A stretch of 64,000 nt of DNA. It comes from an uncultured Acidobacteriaceae bacterium (GTDB taxonomy: Bacteria > Acidobacteriota > Terriglobia > Terriglobales > Acidobacteriaceae). Shown here in pieces: positions 11,933-21,329 of the stretch. Within the stretch, counting starts at the first letter, position 1. Every line of letters begins with the position of its first letter. Location: NCBI GenBank assembly GCA_963724815.1, contig CAVRWS010000016.1, positions 51,741 to 115,740 of the forward strand, written 5' to 3'. The notes under the pieces were generated by a model. The model searched no databases and was not told the DNA's origin. It saw nothing but the letters and a program-made list of their open reading frames with translations. The position numbers and the translations under genes are program-made.

Positions 11933-13384
11933 GTGCCTGACGAAAAATCTTTTCACATGACGCCCGACGAATTCCGTCGCCACGGCCACGCCGTAATCGA
12001 CTGGATCGCCGACTATCAATCTCATGTCGAGTCATTTCCCGTGCTCTCCCAAGTCAAGCCGGGAGCGATCCGAGCCTCGCTGCCAGCGACTCCTCCCGCG
12101 CAAGGCGAGCCTTTCGCCTCGCTGCTCAAAGATGTCGACAATCTGATTCTTCCCGGCGTCACGCACTGGCAATCTCCAAATTTCTTCGCCTACTTTCCCT
12201 GTAACGCCTCCGGCCCCGGAATTCTCGGCGACCTTCTCTCCTCCGGCCTGGGCGTGCAAGGCATGCTCTGGTCCACCAGTCCCGCATGTACGGAGTTAGA
12301 AACTCACGTTCTCGACTGGCTCGTTACTATGCTTGGATTGCCTGAAAAATTCCTTTCCTCGAATACGGGCGGTGGAGTAATTCAAGACACAGCCTCGAGT
12401 GCCGCACTCTGCGCACTGCTCGCCGCTCGCGAACGTGCTACCAACTACAGCAGCAACAAAAAAGGATGTGACGGCCGCATCGTGGCTTATGTCTCCACCC
12501 AAACCCATTCCTCCCTGCAGAAAGCCGCCATGATCGCGGGAATCGGCGTCGACAATCTGCGCCAGATCGAAGTCGATGAAAACTTCGCCATGCGTCCTGA
12601 CGCTCTCGTTCGCCAAATTGAAGTCGATAAGCGCGCAGGCCTCGTTCCCTGTTTCGTCTGCGCCACAGTCGGCACAACTTCTTCGAATGGCATGGACCCG
12701 ATCCCGCAGATAGCGGAAATCTGCCGCAAACACAACCTCTGGCTGCACGTCGATGCCGCCATGTCAGGCACCGCAGCGCTTTGCCCGGAATTTCGCCATC
12801 TGCAAAACGGAGTTGAGTTTGCCGACAGCTACAACTTCAATCCCCATAAGTGGATGTTCACTAACTTCGATTGCAACTGCTTCTGGGTCGCCGACCGCAA
12901 AGCCCTCATTCAGACACTCAGCATCCTGCCGGAATATCTGCGCAATCAAGCGACGGAATCGGGAGCAGTAATCGACTATCGCGACTGGCACATCCAACTC
13001 GGTCGCCGCTTCCGCTCACTCAAGCTCTGGTTCGTCATCCGCCATTACGGAGTGGAAGGTCTTCAACACCACATTCGCCGCCATGTGGAACTGGCGCAGC
13101 AATTCGCCGATTGGGTGCGCCATGACAATGACAAAGACTTCGAACTCGCAGCGCCCGTCCCGCTGAATCTGGTTTGTTTTCGTCATAAAGCCGGAGATGC
13201 CGCCAATCAAGCCATCATGGATCGCCTCAACCGCAGCGGCGATCTCTTCCTCACCCACACCAAACTCGACGGAAAACTCACTCTTCGTCTCTGCGTCGGC
13301 CAGACAAACACCGAAGCGAAGCACGTCGAGCGTGCCTGGAAAAGAATTCGTGAAGAATCGCAAAAGTTAAAATCTCACGCATGA
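11933..13384 (+). CDS. group II PLP-dependent decarboxylase (aromatic-L-amino-acid/tyrosine decarboxylase-like)
   Basis: 483-aa ORF with PLP-lysine motif NFNPHKW. The true start may be ATG 11957 (MTPDEFRRHGH). Confidence 0.9.
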   Translation: MPDEKSFHMTPDEFRRHGHAVIDWIADYQSHVESFPVLSQVKPGAIRASLPATPPAQGEPFASLLKDVDNLILPGVTHWQSPNFFAYFPCNASGPGILGDLLSSGLGVQGMLWSTSPACTELETHVLDWLVTMLGLPEKFLSSNTGGGVIQDTASSAALCALLAARERATNYSSNKKGCDGRIVAYVSTQTHSSLQKAAMIAGIGVDNLRQIEVDENFAMRPDALVRQIEVDKRAGLVPCFVCATVGTTSSNGMDPIPQIAEICRKHNLWLHVDAAMSGTAALCPEFRHLQNGVEFADSYNFNPHKWMFTNFDCNCFWVADRKALIQTLSILPEYLRNQATESGAVIDYRDWHIQLGRRFRSLKLWFVIRHYGVEGLQHHIRRHVELAQQFADWVRHDNDKDFELAAPVPLNLVCFRHKAGDAANQAIMDRLNRSGDLFLTHTKLDGKLTLRLCVGQTNTEAKHVERAWKRIREESQKLKSHA

Positions 13385-13433
13385 CGTTCCATCCCTAACT
13401 CTCCACTTGCCTCCACATCGGCTAAAGTAAAGT

Positions 13434-14690
13434 ATGCGAAATATCCTCGGCCAGCGCCCGTTGCGCTTCGTCTTTGCCGCCAACGTGATCTCCATGTTGG
13501 GCAGCGGGATGAATTCGGCCGCGGTCGCTTGGTACATCCTCGAAGTCACGCATTCGGAAATGGCGCTCGGCACATTCGCCGTCCTGCAAACCATTCCCGC
13601 CATGCTGATGCTGCCCTTCACCGGTGTGATTATTGATCGCGAAGATCGCCGCCGCCTCGTTATGTGGCTGGACGCGGTCCGCGCCGTAATCATTGTTACC
13701 GTATGCATCCTGGCCTTCCAGCACCGCGTGAAAATCTGGCAACTCTATTTGATGAACACGCTGGTCGCCGCGGGCTTCTGGATGTTCTGGCCAACCATCA
13801 CCGCACTCATTCAGGAACTCACTCCCGAAGGCCAGTTCGTGCAGTCGAATACTTTTCTTCTCGCCGGCGTGCAGGGAGGCTGGCTCATCGCCGGATCTCT
13901 CGTCGGATTCATGTACAACCACATCGGCCTCGGCGGCGTGCTTTTGATCGATGTTTCCACTTACGTGGTTTCGTTCCTCTGCTACTTCGCCGTGCGCAAG
14001 GGACGTCACGTTGTGTTGCGGCCCGAAGAATTACGCGCCGATATAATAGCCGCCGAAACTCAGTTCCAGCACTTCTGGCGCGAGATGCGCGAGGGTCTTC
14101 ATTTTCTTCGCGATCGCCGTCCCGTCATCCTGCTCGGCATCAGCTGGGCGCTGTTTCTCGGCGCGATGATCACCGGCGTGGTCGTCACTCCGTCGCTGAG
14201 CGAGCGCATTTTCCACGCTGGCGCCGTCGGCTACGGATGGCTCAACGCCGGCTGGGGCACCGGCGCATTTCTCAGCGCTCTCTACGCTCCCGCAATCATC
14301 GCCAGCCTCGGCGGACGCCGCTCCGTCGCCTTTTCCATGGCCATCATCGCCGCGTGCATCGTCTGCGCTCCAGTCTCGCGATGGCTCGCCGCGGCGGTCT
14401 TAATATACGGTGTAATGGGCTCAGCGCGCGGCGTCGGCGGCATCGCCATGAACACCAGCCTGATGGAAATGGTCCCGAACCATCTGATGGGACGCGTACA
14501 AAATTCCTTTTATTTCTTCGGAACCTTCCTGCAGCTTGTGCTGGCGCTGGCAGTCGGCGCTGTCGCGCATAAAGTGAGCCTGGTCGCCGCCTTCGCGATC
14601 CTCGCCTGCGTCTACGGCTTGTCGTTCGTGGCCGCAAGCTGGCCGGTGGGAGCCGTCGTCGCGGAACAGGTTGGCGCACCGCAACGTTGA
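13434..14690 (+). CDS. MFS transporter
   Basis: 418-aa ORF with about 12 TM helices and the MFS loop motif GVIIDREDRRR. Confidence 0.85.
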   Translation: MRNILGQRPLRFVFAANVISMLGSGMNSAAVAWYILEVTHSEMALGTFAVLQTIPAMLMLPFTGVIIDREDRRRLVMWLDAVRAVIIVTVCILAFQHRVKIWQLYLMNTLVAAGFWMFWPTITALIQELTPEGQFVQSNTFLLAGVQGGWLIAGSLVGFMYNHIGLGGVLLIDVSTYVVSFLCYFAVRKGRHVVLRPEELRADIIAAETQFQHFWREMREGLHFLRDRRPVILLGISWALFLGAMITGVVVTPSLSERIFHAGAVGYGWLNAGWGTGAFLSALYAPAIIASLGGRRSVAFSMAIIAACIVCAPVSRWLAAAVLIYGVMGSARGVGGIAMNTSLMEMVPNHLMGRVQNSFYFFGTFLQLVLALAVGAVAHKVSLVAAFAILACVYGLSFVAASWPVGAVVAEQVGAPQR

Positions 14691-14704
14691 TTCCACGCAT
14701 ACGA

Positions 14705-14798
14705 TTTGATTTCCGATTGCCAATTTACAATTTTCGATTTCCAATTGAAGTCGCATCCGAAACGGTTTCCAATTGGAAATTGGCAATCGGAAATCGAA
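14705..14798. repeat. long hairpin element: perfect 19-bp inverted repeat with 50-nt spacer containing direct TTTCCAATTG repeats
   Basis: gatttccgattgccaattt (14708-14726) is the exact reverse complement of 14777-14795. tttccaattg recurs at 14738 and 14767. Lies between the MFS gene and fabI. Confidence 0.85.
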
Positions 14799-14871
14799 AA
14801 TTCAAGTTCTCGCGGTCCTCGTGGTAAATGCCTCTTCTGGCTGATATCCTTTCCCATTCCAAGGAGCACTC

Positions 14872-15642
14872 ATGTCCTCAGACTTACAAGGCCGTAACGG
14901 CGTCGTCTTCGGAGTCGCCAACAAGCGCTCGATCGCCTGGTCCATCGCCCAGGGACTTCACGCCGCCGGTATGAAGCTCGCTATCACCTACCAGAACGAG
15001 CGTCTGGAGCAGGAAGCCAAAGATCTCATTCTGTCGCTCCCCGGCGCCGAAGCCTACATGTGCGACGTAAGCAAAGACGAAGAAATCGACCGCCTCTTCG
15101 CCACGTTGAAAGAACGTCACGGCAAGCTGCACACTCTCGTGCACTCCGTGGCCTACGCTCCCGCCGACGAACTCAAAGGAGAATTCCTCAACACCACGCG
15201 CGAAGGCTTTCGCATCGCAATGGATGTCAGCGTCTATTCGCTGGTCGCCGTCGCCCGCGCCGCCGCGCCGCTCATGGAAGATGGCGGATCGATTCTCACT
15301 ATGACTTACTACGCTTCCGAAAAAGTCGTCCCACGTTATAACGTAATGGCCGTCGCCAAAGCGGGACTGGAATGCTCTGTCCGCTATCTCGCCTACGAAT
15401 TAGGAAAGAAGAAAATCCGCGTGAACGCCATCTCTGCCGGCCCGATCAAGACTCTGGCCGCCCGCGGCATCGCCGGCTTCGGCGACATGCTCAAAGGCCA
15501 CGAAGAGCGCGCCCCACTGGGCCGCCGCGTGGATGTCGAAGAAGTCGGTTCCACCGGAGTCTTCCTCGCCTCCGACGCCAGCAGCGGCATCACCGGCGAA
15601 GTGATTTATGTCGATTGCGGGTATAACATCATGGGATTCTAG
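14872..15642 (+). CDS. fabI: enoyl-ACP reductase (NADH) FabI
   Basis: 256-aa ORF, FabI-like SDR over its full length (GVANKRSIAW, VHSVAYAP, AKAGLE). Confidence 0.93.
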   Translation: MSSDLQGRNGVVFGVANKRSIAWSIAQGLHAAGMKLAITYQNERLEQEAKDLILSLPGAEAYMCDVSKDEEIDRLFATLKERHGKLHTLVHSVAYAPADELKGEFLNTTREGFRIAMDVSVYSLVAVARAAAPLMEDGGSILTMTYYASEKVVPRYNVMAVAKAGLECSVRYLAYELGKKKIRVNAISAGPIKTLAARGIAGFGDMLKGHEERAPLGRRVDVEEVGSTGVFLASDASSGITGEVIYVDCGYNIMGF

Positions 15643-15674
15643 AGCGGGTTCAGTCCCAGATACCAAAAGGGTTA

Positions 15675-15707
15675 CCCTGTGTTCCTCTGTGTCCCCTGTG
15701 GTTGAAG
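15675..15707. repeat. C-family repeat (CTGTG/CACAG-rich element)
   Basis: ccctgtgttcctctgtgtcccctgtggttgaag. Related elements at 49560-49595, 57001-57045 and a CTTCGTG variant at 45672-45730. Confidence 0.7.
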
Positions 15708-15851
15708 ATGTTGACGTCCCGACGAAAAGCCCTGTGTCATAATCAAACTAGTGAAATCGAATCGCCTAGCCCTGATCTTCTTCGCCGCCGCAATCCTCTT
15801 TTCGATGTTGCGCGAATGGAGCGTCGCCTTCCTCATGCGCACGAACCGTGC

Positions 15852-16301
15852 TCATTGCGGGAGTTCCGCTTGCCCGTTAGCTGACGATCCGGATCCTCCG
15901 CCCATTCTCCCCCTCCCGCTCCAAAGAAATCTCCACATCCCGCTCGCGCAGCAGCGCGGAAATTTCTCTCCCCACTCGATCAACAGCACACTATTCTCTG
16001 AGCGCAAATCATCCAATCCCAGCGTCTCCAACTCGCGCTGCGTATCGATGCGATAAAGATCAATGTGATAAAGGTTGGCGCGCGGTCCACGATATTCATG
16101 AATCAGCGTAAAGGTAGGACTGGTGACGTCTTCTTCCTGGGCCGCTTCGAACGCCGCGGCAATTCCCCTGACTAGCGTGGTTTTCCCCGCGCCCAGGTCG
16201 CCGCGCAGCAGCACGATCTTGGGCGGCGCCAGCAACTCCGCCAGCGTTCGCCCGAAGGCGATCGTCTCCTCCGCCGACTCAGTAGTAATCTCCCGCGTCA
16301 T
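15852..16301 (-). CDS. tsaE: tRNA t6A37 ATPase TsaE (YjeE); 3' end appears frame-shifted near 15955-15960
   Basis: P-loop GDLGAGKTTLVRG. After IEWGEKFP the ORF frame becomes non-protein-like. The adjacent frame reads ALLRERDVEISLEREGENGRRIRIVS and stops at 15877-15879, a typical TsaE C-terminus. Confidence 0.85.
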   Translation of the reverse strand: MTREITTESAEETIAFGRTLAELLAPPKIVLLRGDLGAGKTTLVRGIAAAFEAAQEEDVTSPTFTLIHEYRGPRANLYHIDLYRIDTQRELETLGLDDLRSENSVLLIEWGEKFPRCCASGMWRFLWSGRGRMGGGSGSSANGQAELPQ

Positions 16302-16401
16302 TCCTCGAATCCGTTCGCAGCCATCTCCTGCATGACCACGAACAGTATAGCGAGAGCTCCGCCCTCAGCATCGGAGAAGAGGAGTGAGTCGCCCGCGCCG
16401 A

Positions 16402-16800
16402 CTAAATCGTCGTCTTCGGCACCACAAACACCGACGACTTCAATCCCAGCAGACTCCGGTCCGCCACATGATCGACCGAAGTCCGCAGACGCCGATGATC
16501 GTCATCCTCAAACGCGACGAAACGAAATGGTTGGAGTACGCCAGTATTTGTCTTTCGCATGGGAGCGAGGACTTCCGCCATGCCATGCACCGGACCCGAT
16601 TGCGTCTGAAACGCCAGTTCGACGAACGAACCGGTTCCCAAAGCATGCGGCAATTGCAACAGTCCACCAGTCACGGAAATGGATTGGAGTTTGGCTTTTG
16701 TGCGCCGGCCATCTTCTAAACGGATCGCAGCCAGGACAGCATCGCCTAACTGGATTCGGGCCGCGCGCCTCGAAGGGTGCGGTTGGGGGAAGTGGGTCAT
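16402..16800 (-). CDS. PilZ-domain protein (c-di-GMP receptor-like)
   Basis: 132-aa ORF with an N-terminal RRxxR-type motif (SRRAARIQL) and a D/NxSxxG-like motif (QSISVTGG). Confidence 0.55.
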   Translation of the reverse strand: MTHFPQPHPSRRAARIQLGDAVLAAIRLEDGRRTKAKLQSISVTGGLLQLPHALGTGSFVELAFQTQSGPVHGMAEVLAPMRKTNTGVLQPFRFVAFEDDDHRRLRTSVDHVADRSLLGLKSSVFVVPKTTI

Positions 16801-17013
16801 AGTGAAACCACTATGTCACGCCATTCGTACAGGTAACAGGTTACGGAAGCGAATGGCCGGATTCCCGCGCTGCTAGCCCGTCTCCGCCCCTTCAAGTAAC
16901 TTTCCCGACAGCACTTACGGTTTTGTTTACTGTTGATACAATGTCCCGTCAGACCAGGGATGATTTTCTTGTGCGACCACGATTTGTCAATTTTGTACCC
17001 ACGGAGTGCTTGC

Positions 17014-18135
17014 ATGCGCCATTTTTTATCCTTCGCCAGTTTTGCATTGATTCTCTTATTCGGACTTCCACATCTGCAAAGCCAGAGCATGCCCGCGCAA
17101 AATCGGCCTCCTCTGCGTGTCGGCATCGTCGGCTTGGTCCACGGCCATGTCCAAGGATTTTTCGAGCATTCGCTCCACGATCCCGCGATCGAAATCGTTG
17201 GCATCGCCGAACCTGACCAATCGCTGTTTGCTCGGTATTCGAAGCAGTTCGGCATCGACGGGAATTTGCTCTTTCCGAACCTGGAAGAAATGCTCGACCG
17301 CGCCCATCCGCAAGCTGTGCTCGTTTACACCGATACTTACGATCATCGCCGCGTCGTGGAAATCTGCGCCCGGCACGGCGTTCACGTCATGATGGAAAAG
17401 CCTCTAGCAGTCAGCTTCGAAGACGCACTGGCGATCAAGAAAGCCGCAGACGCTGGAAAGATTCATGTCCTCGTGAACTACGAGACAACGTGGTACCGCA
17501 GCAATCACGCCGCTTACGACCTCGTCCACGAAAAGGCAATTGGTGACATCCGCAAAGTGGTGGTTCACGATGGTCACAGCGGTCCCAAGGAAATTGGCGT
17601 CAGCCCAGAATTTCTAGCCTGGCTCACCGATCCCAAACTCAACGGCGGAGGCGCACTCTTCGATTTCGGTTGTTACGGCGCCGATCTCATGACATGGCTG
17701 ATGGACGGCCAACGCCCCGAAACCGTGACCGCCGTCACGCAGCAGATCAAACCAGAAATCTATCCGCATGTCGACGACGAGGCCACCATGATCCTCACCT
17801 ATCCCAAAGCGCAAGCCATCCTACAAGCCTCATGGAACTGGCCGTTCGACCGCAAAGATATGGAAGTGTACGGTCAGACCGGCTACGTAATTACGGTGAA
17901 GCACGATGATATCCGCGTGCGCCGCGCTGGCGGCCAGGAAGAGCAGATGGCAGCTAAAGCAATCCCTGCCCCTTACGACAGTTCCTTGTCACTTCTGAGA
18001 GCAGTGGTGATCGACGGAATGAAGCCCGATGGATTATCTTCGCTTGAAACCAATATCACTGTGACCGAAATCCTGGACGCAGCAAGGCGTTCCGCAGCTT
18101 CGGGAAAAACAATTCGCTTACCCGCTTCCAGATGA
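17014..18135 (+). CDS. Gfo/Idh/MocA-family oxidoreductase, secreted
   Basis: Likely start ATG 17014 (MRHFLSF, signal peptide), then Rossmann motif VGIVGLVHGHV and EKPLA motif. Confidence 0.85.
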   Translation: MRHFLSFASFALILLFGLPHLQSQSMPAQNRPPLRVGIVGLVHGHVQGFFEHSLHDPAIEIVGIAEPDQSLFARYSKQFGIDGNLLFPNLEEMLDRAHPQAVLVYTDTYDHRRVVEICARHGVHVMMEKPLAVSFEDALAIKKAADAGKIHVLVNYETTWYRSNHAAYDLVHEKAIGDIRKVVVHDGHSGPKEIGVSPEFLAWLTDPKLNGGGALFDFGCYGADLMTWLMDGQRPETVTAVTQQIKPEIYPHVDDEATMILTYPKAQAILQASWNWPFDRKDMEVYGQTGYVITVKHDDIRVRRAGGQEEQMAAKAIPAPYDSSLSLLRAVVIDGMKPDGLSSLETNITVTEILDAARRSAASGKTIRLPASR

Positions 18136-19725
18136 CATAAGATTGCACGCGCAATTATTCCCCCCAGCACACCAGCTTTTGCTCTGCCGGCTTTCTGCGT
18201 CCGCCGGAAAGCCTCCGGCAGTCCCCGCAGAAGATCGGTCGCCACCAGCGAATGTTCACCCACGCTCTCACGCATCACGTCGCCAGCCAATCCGTGTAGA
18301 TGCACCGCAGCCATCGTGGCGGCAAACGCATCTTTCGGATTCTGCGCAATCATGCCCGCGACGATTCCGGTCAGAATGTCTCCCGTGCCGCCGGTAGACA
18401 TCCCCGGATTGCCAGTTGTGTTCACCCAAACCTCGCCCTCTGGTCGCACCACCAGTGTGCGATGGCCTTTGAGCACGACGATCAATTCGTGCTCGCGGGC
18501 AAACTTCCGCGCCACACCCAAGCGATCTTTTTGCACATCGGGAATGCTCATTCCCACCAGCCGCGCCATCTCTCCGGGGTGCGGAGTAATCACCAGCGTC
18601 CGGCCCTCGCCGTTCAATTCCTGCGTGCGGCCATCGAACGCATTCAGTCCATCCGCATCGACAACCATGCCGACTCGAAGTTTCGCCACTAGCGCCCGCA
18701 CGAGTTCTGCGGTCTGCATATCCTGGGAAATCCCTGGACCAATCGCGACCACAGCTCTTCCCTTTCGCCAACTCATCGATCCGCTCCAGCGCGCCCGCCG
18801 AAATCGTACCCGCCTCCGTTTCGGCTAAAGGCTCCGTCATCAACTCAGGATGAAATCCCGCGACTGTGCCCAGCGCCGACTTCGCCGTCGCCACCGTCGA
18901 AAGCCCCGCCCCTGCTCGCAACGCGGCCATTCCCGCCATCGCGGCCGCGCCCGATTTTCCCAGCGATCCTCCCATTACAAGCACATGCCCGTAGTTCCCT
19001 TTGTTCGACTCCGCCGGTCGTGGCCCAATTAACGGGGCAATATCGCGCGCCGTAATTACATTCAGTTGAAGCGAAGAAACAATCGCCTCTTCAGGAGAGC
19101 CAATGCCCGCCACGCAAGTCGCACCCGACGTCAACGATCCAAATACATGCGCGGGACGCGGCGCGGTAAATGTCACGATCGCATCGGCGCGTGCAATCGT
19201 CCCAGTCTGCCCGCCCACTGCGTCGGCATCTGCGCCAGAAGGAATATCCACCGCGATCACCGGAACTTGGCTTGCGTTCATGATCGCGATTGCTTCGGCG
19301 TAGAGCCCCCTTACCGGAGGCTTGAACCCCGTGCCCAGAATGGCATCGACATACAAATCAGCCTGCACCAAAAGCTGCACGCGTTCACTTTTCAACTCAT
19401 CGATGGAATGCACACCAATTGCCCGGATCGGCAACTTGCCGTACATGACTGCAGCGTCGCCCCGAAGGTCGGCTGGGTCCGCCAGCAGGATTACCTGGAC
19501 CTTTTTCTCCCGTTCACGCAGCAGGCGCGCCGCCACAAAACCGTCGCCGCCATTATTTCCCTTGCCGCAAAAGACCAAGATGCGCTCTGCCGAAGCGTAA
19601 TGCGACAGCACATAATGAGCCACGGCCGCCCCCGCATTCTCCATCAGCGTGAGCGAAGGTACGCCAAAGCGCTCACTAGTAGCGTGGTCTACGGCTCGCA
19701 TTTCTTCTGCGCTGACAATCTTCAT
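17973..19725 (-). pseudogene. nnr: bifunctional NAD(P)H-hydrate repair enzyme Nnr (YjeF_N epimerase + ADP-dependent dehydratase); frame broken near 18755-18765
   Basis: ORF 18268..19725 is Nnr-like up to IDELAKGK. ORF 17973..18776 continues with AVVAIGPGISQD...GGTGDILTG. Removing one base in gggaagag joins them. The 3' tail runs 163 nt into the convergent oxidoreductase gene, so the true stop is uncertain. Confidence 0.85.
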
Positions 19726-19828
19726 ACTTCAACTACTTTCTTTCTGATCACACCTTCTCGAACCGACTATAAAACAAAAAGGCCCTCCGCGCTGCGCGGA
19801 GAGCCCGGAATTGTAAGAGAGAAACTCC

Positions 19829-21310
19829 CTAGGACGCACTCTTCGAAACTGGCTCTGCCTGCAGCGCTTGTTGAACCTTGCTGTGCTTACGTCCGTAGCT
19901 AAAGTAAATGGCCAGTCCAATCACCAGCCAGACCACTAGCCGGATCTGCGTTGCTGGAGAAAGGAAAATAATGAGAGCCCCCGAAAAAAGAATCGAGAGA
20001 ATGGGAACCAGCGGCACCAGTGGCGTCCTGAACGGCCGGACGAGCTCCGGATGAGTGCGGCGCATCACCCACACTCCCGCACTTACCAACACGAAAGCTA
20101 GCAGCGTCCCCACGCTCGTCATCTCGTCCAGAACATTGAGCGGAATCACCGTGGCCAGGATCGCAACGAAAATGCCTACAACGATGGAGCTGAGATAGGG
20201 CGTGCGGAAGCGATGATGAATCTTTCCCGCCCAGGGCCAGAGCAAACCGTCACGCGACATCGAATAAAACACCCGCGATTGTCCCAGCAGCATTACCAGC
20301 ATCACCGTGGCCAGGCCGCCCAGCGCGCCAATTTCCACCAAGAACGTAGCCCATTGCTGCCCCGCCACGCGAATGCCCACCACTACTGGATCTGGAACGT
20401 TGAGTTGCTGATAGGGCACGAGGTGAGTGAGCAAGCCGGAAACCAAAATATAAAGCACTGTGCAAATAACCAGCGAACCGAGAATGCCAAAGGGCATATC
20501 TCGCTTAGGATTCTTCGCCTCCTGCGCCGCTGTTGAAACAGCATCAAACCCGATATACGCGAAGAAGACCACGCCCGCGCCGCGCAAAATTCCCGACCAT
20601 CCAAAGTGTCCCCATTCGCCGGTGTTTGGCGGGATGAATGGATGCCAGTAGTTTGGTTTCCAGGAATGCGAATACAAAAACCATGCGGCCAGAACCACGA
20701 ACATGCAAACGACCGCAACCTTCATAATCACAATGGCGGTGGTAAAATTCGCCGATTCCTTGATGCCGATCACCAAAATCGTGGTGATCACCATGATGAC
20801 GATGAACCCCACGTAGTCGTATTTCAGATGTACCGGCATCCCGAAAAGCACGAAATCGGAGGTAGGAAGAGCCGGCATATTCCAGCCCAGATCGTGCAGA
20901 AACGCCCGCAAGTGGCCGCTCCAGCCAACCGCAACCGTAGCCGCACCGAACGCGTACTCCAGAATCAAATCCCAGCCGATGATCCATGCCACCAGTTCAC
21001 CCAGCGTCGCATAAGAGTACGTATACGCACTGCCCGCGATGGGAATCATCGAAGCGAATTCGGCGTAGCAAAGTCCCGCGAACGCGCAGGCAACGCCAGC
21101 CAGGACGAACGAGATCACAAGCGCGGGTCCGGCAAACTGCGCCGCGGCTTGTCCAGTAATGACAAAAATCCCTGCCCCTATAATCGCGCCGATGCCCAGT
21201 GTCACCAGATTCAGAGGACCGAGGGCGCGCCGCAGACTTTGTTCGCCTTCAACCTCGACCGCCTCTTTCATCAGTGTGGGAAGGTCTTTCTTCGCGAACA
21301 GATTCGCCAT
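19829..21310 (-). CDS. APC-superfamily amino acid permease (cationic amino acid transporter-like)
   Basis: 493-aa ORF with N-terminal LVTLGIGAIIGAGIFV motif and about 12-14 TM helices. Confidence 0.9.
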   Translation of the reverse strand: MANLFAKKDLPTLMKEAVEVEGEQSLRRALGPLNLVTLGIGAIIGAGIFVITGQAAAQFAGPALVISFVLAGVACAFAGLCYAEFASMIPIAGSAYTYSYATLGELVAWIIGWDLILEYAFGAATVAVGWSGHLRAFLHDLGWNMPALPTSDFVLFGMPVHLKYDYVGFIVIMVITTILVIGIKESANFTTAIVIMKVAVVCMFVVLAAWFLYSHSWKPNYWHPFIPPNTGEWGHFGWSGILRGAGVVFFAYIGFDAVSTAAQEAKNPKRDMPFGILGSLVICTVLYILVSGLLTHLVPYQQLNVPDPVVVGIRVAGQQWATFLVEIGALGGLATVMLVMLLGQSRVFYSMSRDGLLWPWAGKIHHRFRTPYLSSIVVGIFVAILATVIPLNVLDEMTSVGTLLAFVLVSAGVWVMRRTHPELVRPFRTPLVPLVPILSILFSGALIIFLSPATQIRLVVWLVIGLAIYFSYGRKHSKVQQALQAEPVSKSAS

Positions 21311-21329
21311 GCTTCGGTTTCTCCTTAGG

